Assembly (NCBI GenBank): GCA_965235115.1
Contig: OZ249436.1
Coordinates: forward strand, 51,152,001-51,212,000
Direction of reading: 5' to 3'
Origin: Laetmonice hystrix
Lineage: Eukaryota
Length of the DNA stretch: 60,000 bases
The position numbers were made by a program, and so were the translations under genes. Shown piece after piece: positions 39,601-50,365 of this stretch. The notes below the pieces were generated by a model. That model did no database searches and was not told the DNA's origin. It was given only the letters and a program-made list of their open reading frames with translations. Position 1 is the stretch's first letter; each line of letters starts with the position of its first letter.

Positions 39601-42600
39601 TGGCTACTCAGGTTGGGGTACATTGGAGCCCCGTGTGCAGGAGGTTGGTTAGTCTGGCCTGGGTAGGGATGTGAGGTGCTGTATGGCTGCTGACCCTGGC
39701 TGCCAGGGTACCCACTGGACGGATAGCTTCCTCCTGGTGCTGCTCCTGTCATCCCTGGCATGGGCACTCCATAGGGGGGCTGTCACGAAAGAAAGACCAC
39801 AACTGTGACAACACTATTTCAACTTCAGATAATATCACACTTGTTAGTCCATTTGAAATTTCCGGAACCTAGAAATGTTCTTTCATATGAATTTTTTTTG
39901 TTGATTTATACTCTAATGGGGTCCTAGAACAAATTCAACTTGGTTGCCCAAAGGGCAACTTTGGGCAAATCTCGTAATCTGCATAAATCCAAGATGGCCG
40001 TCCAACGCCACCTTGAAAAGTTAACTTTTGAACCACTTGCCTTAGAATGATGTATAATACATCATTTTAGGGGTTTTTTGGTATGTAGAATCCATTTCTG
40101 ATGTTATTTTTTCAATTGAAGGTCACGGTCAGGTCAAATTCAAGATGGCCGCCCAGCGCTACCTTGAAAATTTAACTTTTGAACCACTTGCCTTAGAATG
40201 ATGTATAATACGTCTTTCTACGGGTTTTTGGGTATGTAGAATCCATTTCTGATATTATGTTTTCAATTGAAGGTCAAGGTCAGGTCAAATTCAAGATGGC
40301 CGCCCAAAGCCACCTTGAAAATTTTACTTTTGAACCACTTGCCTTAGACTGATGTATAATACGTCTTTTATTAGGACTCTACGCCAACTGCCTGTTTTTT
40401 CTTTTGAAATGCACGGGCATCAGGCGTATCCCAATTACTTTGACAATGTCCCTAAAGAGAAAAGTCGTATAGACTAGTCCTCTCCAGGAATCGAACCCCG
40501 GCCCCAAGATTACTGCACCCATTCGCATAGCATAAGGAGTGATCAGGACCCTATATACGTCACCTGCCTGTATTTTTCTTTTGAAATGCACGGGCATCAG
40601 GGGTAACCCAATTACTTTGACAATGTCCCTAAAGAGAAAAGTTGTATAGTCCTCTACAGGAATCGAACCCCGGCCCCAAGATTACTGCACCCATTCGCAT
40701 AGCATAAGGTGTCGACACCCATGCCCACTCGGCCACTGCGACTCCCCTAAAAAAGGAGCTTTGGTGGTCGAGCAGGACAATGGACCCTCCCCCCTACACA
40801 CATCTTTTTGAAATGAGACGGAATCCATATTTTCCTAGTTAGAGCTACACATGATTTCTACCGAACATTGACTGTTAAGGTAATCCTGGCACTGGCGTAG
40901 ACTGTATTTTTCTTTTAAAATGCACGGGCATCAGGGGTAACCCAATTACTTTGACAATGTCCCTAAAGAGAAAAGTTGTATAGTCCTCTACAGGAATCGA
41001 AGTGATTACGTCCCTATATTACCCACCCGGCTGTAGTGATTAGGCCCTATATACCACACCTGACTGTAGTGATTAGAAACCTATATGTACCCCACCTGAC
41101 TGTATTTTTCTTTTGAAATGCACGGGCATCAGGCGTAACCCAATTACTTTGACAATGTCCCTAAAGAGAAAAGTTGTATAGTCCTCTACAGGAACCCCGG
41201 CCCCAAGATTACTGCACCCATTCGCATAGGATAAGGTATCGACGCCCATGCCCACTCAGCCACCGCCACTCCCCCGTGATTAGGAACCTATATACCCCAC
41301 ATGACTGTATTTTTCTTTTGAAATGCACGGGCATCAGGGGTAACCCAATTACTTTGACAATGTCCCTAAAAAGAAAAGTTGTATAGTCCTCTACAGGAAT
41401 CGAACCCAGGCCCTAAGATTACTGCACCCATTCGCTTAGCATAAGGTGTCGACACCCATGCCCACTAGGCCAACGCCACTCCCCTAAAAAAGGAGCTTTG
41501 GTGGTCGAGCAGGACAATGGACCCTCCCCCCTACCGTGATTAGGGCCCTATATACCCCACCAAACAGTATAGTGAGGCCAAACAATACAGTGAGGGCAAA
41601 CAGTACAGTGAGGCCAAACAGTGCACGGAGGCCAAACAGTACAGTGAGAAGTCATGGTACTGGCTGGCCTGTTTCCTGTGGGTTTACAAGGGAGCCTCCT
41701 GTTTGTTACCAGCCGTTTATTGCCATTCTAAGACCCTAACCTGACCTTGACCTTCAATTGAAAAAATAACATCAGAATTGGATTGATTCTACACACCCAA
41801 AAACCCCTAAAAAGACGTATTATACATCATTCTAATGCAAGTGGTTCAAAATTTTCAAGGTGGTGTTGGGCGGCCACCTTGAATTTGAAATGACCTTGAC
41901 CTTCAATTGAAAAGATAACATCAGAAATGGATTCTACATGCCCAAAAACCCCTAAAAAGACGTACCGTATTATACATCATTCTAAGGCAAGTGGTTCAAA
42001 AGTTAAATTTTCAAGGTGGCGTTGGGCAGCCATCTTGAATTTGACCTGACCTTGACCTTCAATTGAAAAAATAACATCAGAAATGGATTCTACATACCCA
42101 AAAACCCCTAAAATGATGTATTATACATCATTCTAAAGCAAGTGGTTCAAAAGTTAAATTTTCAAGGTAGCGTTGGGCGGCCATCTTGAATTTGACCTGA
42201 CCTTGACCTTCAATTGAAAAAATAACATCAGAAATGGATTCTACATACCAAAAAAAACCCTAAAATGATGCATTATACATCATTCTAAGGCAAGTGGTTC
42301 AAAAGTTAAATTTTCAAGGTGGCATTGGGCGGCCATCTTGGATTTATGCAGATTACGAGATTTGCCCAAAGTTGCCCTTTGGGCAACCAAGTTGAATTTG
42401 TTCTAGGACCCCATTAGAGTATAAATCAACAAAAAAAATTCATAGGAAAGAACATTTCTAGGTTGGTGTATTGAACACATAGGACTGTCAAATGGACTAT
42501 GTTTTGACACTGATGTAACAGTGATGGTACCTATCAGGTCTTGTAACTGCCATACCCTTAGTAAAAGTTTACATGACTGACTACTTTTATTACAATCTGT

Positions 42601-43722
42601 TTATTCTTTATTTTTCCACCTATCTGTCATACTGTAACAGCCTGATGAAGGGTTTTTTTCTGGTTCTTACCTGTGGGCCTCCTCCATGTGGTGGCATGGC
42701 TACAGGGGGTGGGGGTGCAGCCCCAGTTGGGGCAGCCATCCCCCCAAAACCTACAGGAGCAGGCTGGGGTTGGTAGGGGAGACCTGCAGGGCCTGTCGGG
42801 TAACCACCCCCTGCACCATAGTCAGGTTGGGGCATACCAATAGGCTGAAATGAGCAATCACTGAAAGTTTGAGCATTAAGTCCTGAGTAGAGATTCCAAC
42901 TTTGACAAGAGTTAGCTTTTGAATTGGCGAGCGCAGTAGGCACTTTAAGGGGGTTTCAAACATGTCACCTCAGGAAATATTGAAATTAAACACGACAAAT
43001 CAAGTATTTTTTGGCATCATTTTCTTGTATTTTATGGTCAAAGAGCCTTATAGGTAATTGACTGGGTTGCGGAACATTTTAAAACATAAAACTTTGAAAT
43101 CTCAGTCAGAGAACCATATTCTTATTAGATTTAACCCTTTTCAAAGGTATATTAAATTATCTAATTTTGGGTGGCACTTTAATTTTCAGAATGTTCTGAA
43201 GCACTCTCGACAAGGGCGATTAAGATAATTAGTGGAGCCCATGCCCCATCCCAGCCCCAATATCACTGCGCCCATTCACATAGCATAGCTATAACTTTGC
43301 CACTGCCACCTTCCTTTCACCATGGTGTTTTGAAAATAGATGTACCCTACTCAGAACCTCCCGTATTATTTCCCCAAAATGAGCCAATCTTCTGGAAAAT
43401 ATTATCCCCCAATCAGGTAGATGACCCTTGGCAGGTCTGCATTAGCTGGGATTATACATACCTGGGTTGGGCCCCCAGCTGGCATGTATCCACCTTGGGA
43501 CGGATAACCAGTTTGGGGGTATCCTCCAGCAGCAGGATAACCGCCCTGCTGCGGGTAGCCCCCCTGTTGTGGATAACCACCGGCCTGCGGGTAACCTCCC
43601 TGTTGTGGATAGCCACCAGCCTGAGGATAGGGCTGCTGGGGAGCTGCAGGGTAGCCCCCCTGCGCAGGGTACCCCCCCTGTGCAGGGTAGCCTCCTTGGC
43701 CTTGTCCATATGGGTAGCTCAT
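30655..43722 (-). CDS. Anxa7-like: Annexin A7/A11-like protein (~542 aa). Coding exons 43462-43722, 42671-42844, 39534-39779, 37546-37627, 36548-36642, 36136-36249, 33609-33699, 32793-32872, 32110-32166, 31668-31857, 31496-31554, 30965-31087, 30655-30711
   Basis: All junctions are GT-AG and phase-consistent. N-tail [19 protein letters not shown]... is G/Y/P/Q-rich. Four annexin repeats have type II Ca2+ motifs: [66 protein letters not shown]. Confidence 0.97.
33111..33317. mobile_element. ~200-bp MITE in an annexin intron
   Basis: TIR ccacagacgacgaaca / tgttcgtcgtctgtgg, flanked by ttaa on both sides. Confidence 0.8.
33685..34220. repeat. 78-bp tandem repeat (7 units) containing the annexin 3' splice site and the first 15 nt of the exon
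   Basis: gtccgtaccgagtccctgaaacaatgaatc... starts at 33685, 33763, 33841, 33919, 33997, 34075, 34153. Confidence 0.97.
35295..36149. repeat. Compound minisatellite (24-bp and 72-bp periods) containing the annexin 5' splice site and exon end
   Basis: acctaccttgatggaccgac at 35842, 35914, 35986, 36058, 36130, plus cccaccttgatggacccactctga units at ~35330-35640. Confidence 0.95.
39845..42499. mobile_element. 2.65-kb non-autonomous DNA element with long inverted arms built of ~151-bp subrepeats; TAG...CTA termini, 3-bp TSD (Academ-like, tentative)
   Basis: tgt|TAGTCCATTTGA...TCAAATGGACTA|tgt. Region 39865-40370 is the reverse complement of ~41735-42463. CAAGATGGCC...aaggtcaaggtcaggtcaaatt subrepeats occur ~2.6 times left and ~4 times right. 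Confidence 0.9.
40392..41533 (-). mobile_element. Cluster of partial copies of a tRNA-derived (SINE-like) ~335-bp repeat inside the TIR element
   Basis: Segments ~40392-40537, 40568-41000, 41099-41274, 41305-41533. Minus-strand A box TGGCCGAGTGG and B box GGTTCGATTCC are intact in the 40568 segment. Confidence 0.85.
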
Positions 43723-44211
43723 CGTTTATTATGCTTCTCTCTAAAGTCTAATCGAAATACAGCCAGGTACTGAAAGGTGAAATAGAAAAGAAATTATGAT
43801 TATACCGGTATAGTATTGTTTAATAACAGACATCACAAATAGGCTACCAGAACATACAGTCTCTTCAGACAATTGTTTTGCTTTTTCTTTGTGTTTTATT
43901 CAAATCATACCAGTACCTTGCCTCTGTGATGTATGTATTTTTCTTTTTTGAAATGCACGGGCATCAGGGGTAACCAAATTACTTTGACAATGTCCCTAAA
44001 GAGAAAAGTTGTATAGTCCTCTACAGGTATCGAACCCCGGCCCCAAGACTACTGCACCCATTCGCATAGCATAAGGTGTCGACACCCATGCCCACTCGGC
44101 CACCGCCACTCCCCTAAAAAAGGAGCTTTGGTGGTCGAGCAGGACAATGGACCCTCCCCCCTACACACATCTTCCGAAATGAGACGGAATCCATATTTTC
44201 CTAGATAGAGA

Positions 44212-45318
44212 TGTTACGCGCCATCGGTCGATCTGACCCGTCGGCCGATGGGTTAGACCCATCGGTGGATCGGCCAACGGGTCGCCCATCGACCGATGGG
44301 CGACCCATCGGGGGATGCGCGGCGCGCCAGGGTCGCGGCCCATCGGCCGATGGGTCTGACCCATCGGTGGATGGGTGGTTGGTAAACAGAACACATGGGT
44401 GCAATACATAAAACGAACTATACTCTAGTTATCATGAAGAAAATAACGTTTAGCCGTAGGCACCCTAACTTTAACTTTAACAGAACTTGAAATGTGTGTG
44501 AAAAAAAAGTTGAGTAGTGTTAACAGCGGGTAAATCCGGGGGTAATCAAACATGGCAACAATGGTGACCGATTTAATGACAGGAGGTGGGTGTGAGGTCT
44601 GGACAGGAGGTGGGTGTGGAGCCTGGACAGGAGGTGGGTGTGGGGTCTGGACAGGAGGTGGGTGTGAGGTCTGGACAGGAGGTGGGTGTGGGGTCTGGAC
44701 AGGAGGTGGGTGTGGGGTCTGGACAGGAGGTGGGTGTGGGGTCTGGACAGGAGGTGGGTGTGGGGTCTGGACAGGAGGTGGGTGTGAGGTCTGGACAGGA
44801 GGTGGGTGTGGGGTCTGGACAGGAGGTGGGTGTGGGGTCTGGACAGGAGGTGGGTGTGGGGTCTGGACAGGAGGTGGGTGTGAGGTCTGGACAGGAGGTG
44901 GGTGTGGAGCCTGGACAGGAGGTGGGTGTGGGGTCTGGATAGGAGATGGGTGTGAGGTCTGGACAGGAGGTGGGTGTGGGGTCTGGACAGGAGGTGGGTG
45001 TGGGGTCTGGGCAAGAGGTGGCTGGGTGGTCTGGGGCGGAGGTGGCTGGGGGATCTGAGTTCTTGACTGAAGGGAGGCCTGCAGCTCGGGCTGAGAGGTA
45101 ATTGTCTCCTCCAGGTTTTCATGTCATTTCATGTCTCCTGGTTTACCAACCACCCATCCACCGATGGGTCAGACCCATCGGCCGATGGGCCGCGACCCTG
45201 GCGCGCGCCGCGCATCCACCGATGGGTCGCCCATCGGTCGATGGGCGACCCGTTGGCCGATCCACCGATGGGTCTGACCCATCGGCCGATGGGTCAGATC
45301 CACCGATGGCGCGTAACA
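44212..45318. mobile_element. Non-autonomous Ginger-like DNA transposon (TGT...ACA termini, ~176-bp TIRs, 4-bp TSD GAGA)
   Basis: gaga|TGTTACGCGCCATCGG...CCGATGGCGCGTAACA|gaga; TIRs 44212-44387 and 45141-45318; no transposase ORF. Confidence 0.88.
44578..45010. repeat. 24-bp G-rich minisatellite (~18 units) inside the Ginger-like element
   Basis: ggacaggaggtgggtgtggggtct repeated. Confidence 0.97.
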
Positions 45319-45667
45319 GAGATACACATGATTTCTACCGAACATTGACTGTTAAGGTAATCCTGGCACTGGCGTAGACTGTATTTTTCTTTTTTGAAAT
45401 GCATGGGCATCAGGGGTAACCCAATTACTTTGACAATGTCCCTAAAGAGAAAAGTTGTATAGTCCTCTACAGGAATCAAACCCCGGCCCCAAGATTACTG
45501 CACCCATTCGCATAGCATAAGGTGTCGACACCCATGCCCACTCGGCCACCGCCACTCCCCTAAAAAAGGAGCTTTGGTGGTCGAGCAGGACAATATGGAC
45601 CCTCCCCCCTACACACATCTTCCGAAATGAGACGGAATCCATATTTTCCTAGATAGAGATACGTGTT

Positions 45668-45809
45668 CAGTAGCGTACCCAGGGGAGTGCTTGGCCCAAT
45701 TTTTTTTTTTTGGTGCGCTTGTTGCCAACAGCCCCCTCACAATTTGCAGAGCCCACGACGTTGGTTACTTCCAGCACCCCCCTGGGTCCAGTTTCTGGGT
45801 ACGCCACTG
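45668..45809. mobile_element. Small MITE (hAT-like CAGT termini)
   Basis: cagtagcgtacccag ... ctgggtacgccactg; TSD not clean. Confidence 0.65.
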
Positions 45810-46664
45810 CATGTGTGCTGGCAACTGGGACGACACTCAGTCAAAAGAGTAGGCCTACCAGGCTGGCACCCTCGGTCTATTTGCCAATTTGGCTCTATCC
45901 AGCTTTCTTTTTTGTATAAATTTGTACCAGTATGCATTTTTGGGGAGGGGTGCCAGTGGGCAGATGGGGGGGAGGGGGCGGAGGGTTCAGTTATACTTAT
46001 TGGGGGTTTTGGGGTGGGGGGGGGGGTGGGTGCTGGGCTTGTCTGGCTTTTGATAAGGTTAAAATGCTTTGCCTTTGATCATAGATTTTGACGTAGCACG
46101 CGGTACCGGAATATGTCACTTGAAATAGTGACGTGAGACCTAAATCCAAGGGAATGGGCGATAAAAGGTAGATTCCATCCATGATGCTCGAAGCAGCTTG
46201 ATGCTCGGCCCCTACAATACATTTATGCTGTAATCAATAAGTTTAGATTGAAATCGACGCAGTTTAAATCTCTTCCTCGTTTACTCTAGTCTAGATCTTT
46301 CTTCCGGGTCACACCCACTCTGGTGACTCTCCACTCCAACAGCAACAAGAAGCCGAGGATCGATCCGTAAAATTGTGTTGGTGTTAACTGTGTTATACAT
46401 GTATGTATCTAGTTGATCAACTTCAGACCAAACAAGTTACGTAGGCCCTGGGAGGCGATGAGCTTGTTACAAAACTCAAACTGGGTTAAAATAAATAAAC
46501 AGTTCTCAGAGCCACTGACTGAGCGTCACGCGCTATTGGTGATATGTCAAACCAAATTTTATGCGTTGGGCCTAAGTTATACACACGTTAGTGTTAGCCT
46601 ACTACCTGACCAAATCCTTATAATGTTATAAACCGATCGAGGCGGGGGAGAGTAAAAAACTCAC

Positions 46665-46900
46665 CTACCTAAGCTAGGTCATCTGCTGCGTCTACAGACT
46701 AAGTTCTACGTGTTTCACTACAGACTCCGGTCTAGCAGGACCCCGACATGTTTGACTTCACGGGATCGGTGACCGAGCGCACCAAGCCAGTGCAGGTGAG
46801 CCGCGAGTCAAACCACGCCTCCTCACGGAAGCCCGGGTACACAGTCATGTAGGCCGGCGGAATGTAGGCCTACACAGGGCACACGGGGGGCAGGTGACAG
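46665..46900 (-). promoter_or_regulatory. Probable non-coding first exon and promoter of the annexin gene
   Basis: Donor TAG|gtgagt (actcac at 46659-46664) at the edge of a CpG-rich island. The ATG exon has an acceptor at 43770 (ttcacctttcag), so an upstream exon is required. Confidence 0.6.
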
Positions 46901-47509
46901 AACTGATCCGCCGCTTGAGTTTACACTCAGCACCGGCCCGTGGCGCCAGCCTGCTTCTCCGACACCTAGCGGAAACGACGAACACCAGAGATGGGGAGGG
47001 GGCGGGGGGGGGGGGGGGGGCTCGGGACAAGCCTCACAAGGTTGGGAGGCGGCGAAAGAGGGGCCGGGGGGGGGGGGGGGGGGGTCTGGGCCTGGCCCTC
47101 CAATAATCCTGGCTTTTGTATATTTTTTTATGGAATATTTAATAGGCCTAATATGATATTATTAAATATTCCTATAGGCCTAGATCTGTAGGCCTATTTG
47201 TATGATACCATGCATGTTCTATTAGGCCTACTAGGTTGCCTACCTCAACTTTTCCAAAGCATTTAGCCTAGCCTAGATAGGCCTATGTCCCCCCCCCCCC
47301 CCATTATTACAAAATTCTCCTCCCCCCCCCCCCCCCCCCCACCCACCCCAATATCTGTTTCGCTGCTATATTGTAGGCCTACTTATTTAAGTTTAGAGTA
47401 GGACCTACCCCTTTTTTATTACAAAAAAAATGTAGGCCTAATCTCAATTAGTAGGCTAGTATGGTAGCCTAGTCATAGAGTCTATGTGAACTAGCAGAGG
47501 CAGATCCAG

Positions 47510-47732
47510 GGGCGGGTTGCACTAACGGTCAGTTAGGACTGAATTTAGGACCAGTCCTACTGAGGGTCATGCCCCCCAGGCACTTCAAAATCTATCTGAG
47601 TTTCAATAGCCCTTGAGATATAAAAGTTGGCGAATTAGATCTATATTTAAATTATGGATATTGGCCCCTGTTGAATGTAGGCCTGGTCCTAAATTCAGTC
47701 CGAACCCTATGGACCGTTAGTGCAACCCGCCC
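47510..47732. mobile_element. MITE, PIF/Harbinger-like; a truncated second copy lies at ~49228-49285
   Basis: gggcgggttgcactaacggtc...ggactgaatttaggaccag / ctggtcctaaattcagtcc...gaccgttagtgcaacccgccc; flanks cag / cac. Confidence 0.8.
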
Positions 47733-49292
47733 CACGATTTTCGGTTGGGGGGGGGGGCAAAGTTGATTTTATCACGTCCAACATGTCAAGACCAGTGCTC
47801 TCATGCACCCATGACGACTTAGGCCTATATATTATGATAAGCCTTAGAAGATGCAAATTATGTCATTATGACAAATGAATGAGCATATTATGTAACTTCC
47901 TATTCCTGTCTAATAGTAACTATAGCTCTATCTTGAACCAGAGAGCTGCTTGAACCATTTACAAGTTATATCCCTGAGAAAGTATGGATGACATCGTTAT
48001 GACGTCACAGGTCACGTGACCTGAAATATAAAATGAAATGAGGGTCATTCCATGTCAATTCCACAAGGAGTCCCCGGGTGACCCCCTCAGAATTCAACCA
48101 TTTTTGGCATACACGTAGCCTACTACAACATGAAGCCCTGCAAAATTTTCGGGCAAAATATCCAATAGATTTGAAGATAATTATGACCCTTTCAACATGC
48201 CTGGGGGGGGGGTGCGAATTTCGCAAGCTTTTTTTTGCGTGTTATCTCTAGAACCCTGTCTACTAGTGTGTATAATATAAAGTCTCTGGTGATTATAACT
48301 TTTGAGATATGGGCATCCCAATTCGTACTTGTAAAATGGAATTATAATGCAGTTTCGAGTACATTTTTCAAAAGGAGGGATAGGTCGTACAGTTAGGTAT
48401 TATATCTCAAATGGAAGAGTGAAATTTACTCTTTCCTATGATATCAAGCACATCTTGTTTCCTTGAAGTCTTCTGTAACTAACCGACAATTCAAAAAGAG
48501 GTGTTTTCACTATTCGCGACATATTATACAGTAATACAAACAGATAATATTGAATATTATCACAGCTTCCCAACATTGATGCACACCTCGGGCACAGCTT
48601 TTGGCCTGGTTTTATGTCCTTTTGTGTTAGTTTACTCAAACTTTGAGACCCTATAACTCAACATTCACACCAGATCACTCCGACCAGAACATGCCGTCAA
48701 AACATATGGTCACTGCAGTGCTGCCACCTGCCAGCTAAGCCACATATTGGAGCATTGGAGAAGCCACCTTTAGGCCTGGTTGCAGAGAGAAAGATCTTAC
48801 ATACTTCAGATTTGGAATTAATTTTTCTACACGAATAAACGGAAATACATGTACAAAGATATGAGATCAACATGTATACGACCTCTCTAGGCGCCTCTAT
48901 CGTGGAGTTGCCACCTAGCGGCACATGATAGTTAGCACACAAGTGCCTGCGAATGGACTGAGGGGAGGCCATTCGTACGAGGATACCGACAGATATAATA
49001 ACGAATTACCTTATTAGTAGAATCATGTAACAGCAGAACTTGAGAGGGGGAGGTAGGGGATGGACGAAGGAAGAAAAGGTTAGATTGCTGCGCTCCTTAT
49101 AGTGCCTGCCGGACTCTACAACCATGATGGAACTGGCGACATCTAGGCTCACGATACCCCTGTACTTGTAGCCCTATAATGGTATATTATAACATAGTGC
49201 ATAGGCCTTTATCAGTTGGAGAGACCAGGGGCGGGTTGCACTATAGGACCGGATTTAGGACCAGTCCTACGTAGGACCAGTCCTATGTTAGT

Positions 49293-50363
49293 GGCGTCAT
49301 ACTCGAGTAAACACTACAGTAACTTGAGTAAGGGCTCCCAACTGACTGGCCTTCGCTGGAGCAAACACTACAGTGAGGGCTCTCTATATGGCTTGGCTAG
49401 CCTTAGACTGGAGCAAACACTACAGTGACGGCTCCCTACATGTATTGACTGGCCTCAGACTGCAGCAAACACTAGAGTGAGGGCTGCCCACATGGACTGA
49501 CTGGCCTTATACTCGAGCAAACACTACAGTGAGGGCTCCCTACATGTACTGACTGGCCTTATTGTCGAGCAGACGCTACAGTGAGGGATCCCTCCATGAA
49601 ATGACTGGCCTTGGGCTAGAGCAAACAGATGCTGTTGGACTTGAGGAGGCCCTTTTGCCCTTGGTCGCATTGGTCATTGAATAGCTTATTTTGTGCTCCA
49701 AAATGCATCGCATTGCAACAAATTACACCTTGAATTTCAAAATTTTCCGGGGGGCATGCCCCCGGACCCTCCTAGGAAGGCTTCGCGCTTTCGGCGCTCG
49801 TACGGTCACGTCTGTGTTACCCCTAAACACGTTGACCCCCCCCCCCCCCCCAACGGAAAAAGCTGGATCCGCCCCTGGGCGTCATACTCGAGCAAACACT
49901 ACAGTGAGGGCTCTCTACATGTATTGAATGCCGTTGGTCTGGAGCAAACACTACAGTGAGGGCCCCCTACATGTATTGGCTTCCCTTATTGTCGGGCAAA
50001 CACTACAGTGAGGGCTCCCTCCATGTAACGACTGGGGTTGGGCTGGAGCAAATAGTACAGTGTGGGCTCCCTAGATGTATTGAGTGGCGTCATACTCGAG
50101 CAAACACTACAGCGAGGGCTCTCTATGTATTGACTCAGCTTAGCCTGAAGCAAACACTACGGTGAGGGCTCTCTACATGTATTGAGTGGCCTTACACTCG
50201 AGCAGACACTACAGTGAGGGCGCCCAACATGTACTGTCTGGTCTTATACTCGAGCAAACACTACAGTGAGGGCTCCCTACATGTATAGAATGCCCTTGGG
50301 CTGGAGCAAACACTACTGTGAGGGCTCCCTACATATATTGACTGGCCTTATACCCGAGCAAAC
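49293..50363. repeat. 52-bp satellite (~15 units) interrupted by a MITE fragment at ~49630-49877
   Basis: ctcgagcaaacactacagtgagggctccctacatgtattgactggccttata recurs with period 52 (e.g. 50198, 50250, 50302, 50354). Confidence 0.92.
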
Positions 50364-50365
50364 GT

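Larger units (their letters stand above)
43935..45660 (-). mobile_element. Tandem tRNA-derived (SINE-like) repeat, ~338-bp unit, interrupted by a Ginger-like insertion
   Basis: Units at 43935-44211 and 45319-45660. Head GGGGAGTGGCGGTGGCCGAGTGG...GGGGTTCGAT(A/T)CCTGTAGAGGACTATACAACTTTT. Confidence 0.85.

Noticed and set aside
40650..40748. Functional tRNA gene
   Set aside because: A and B boxes are present, but the acceptor stem does not pair and no anticodon arm is evident; treated as a tRNA-derived repeat.
44520..45122. 200-aa HTHLLSRP and 168-aa TGGGCGVW ORFs
   Set aside because: Minisatellite translations within a non-autonomous transposon.
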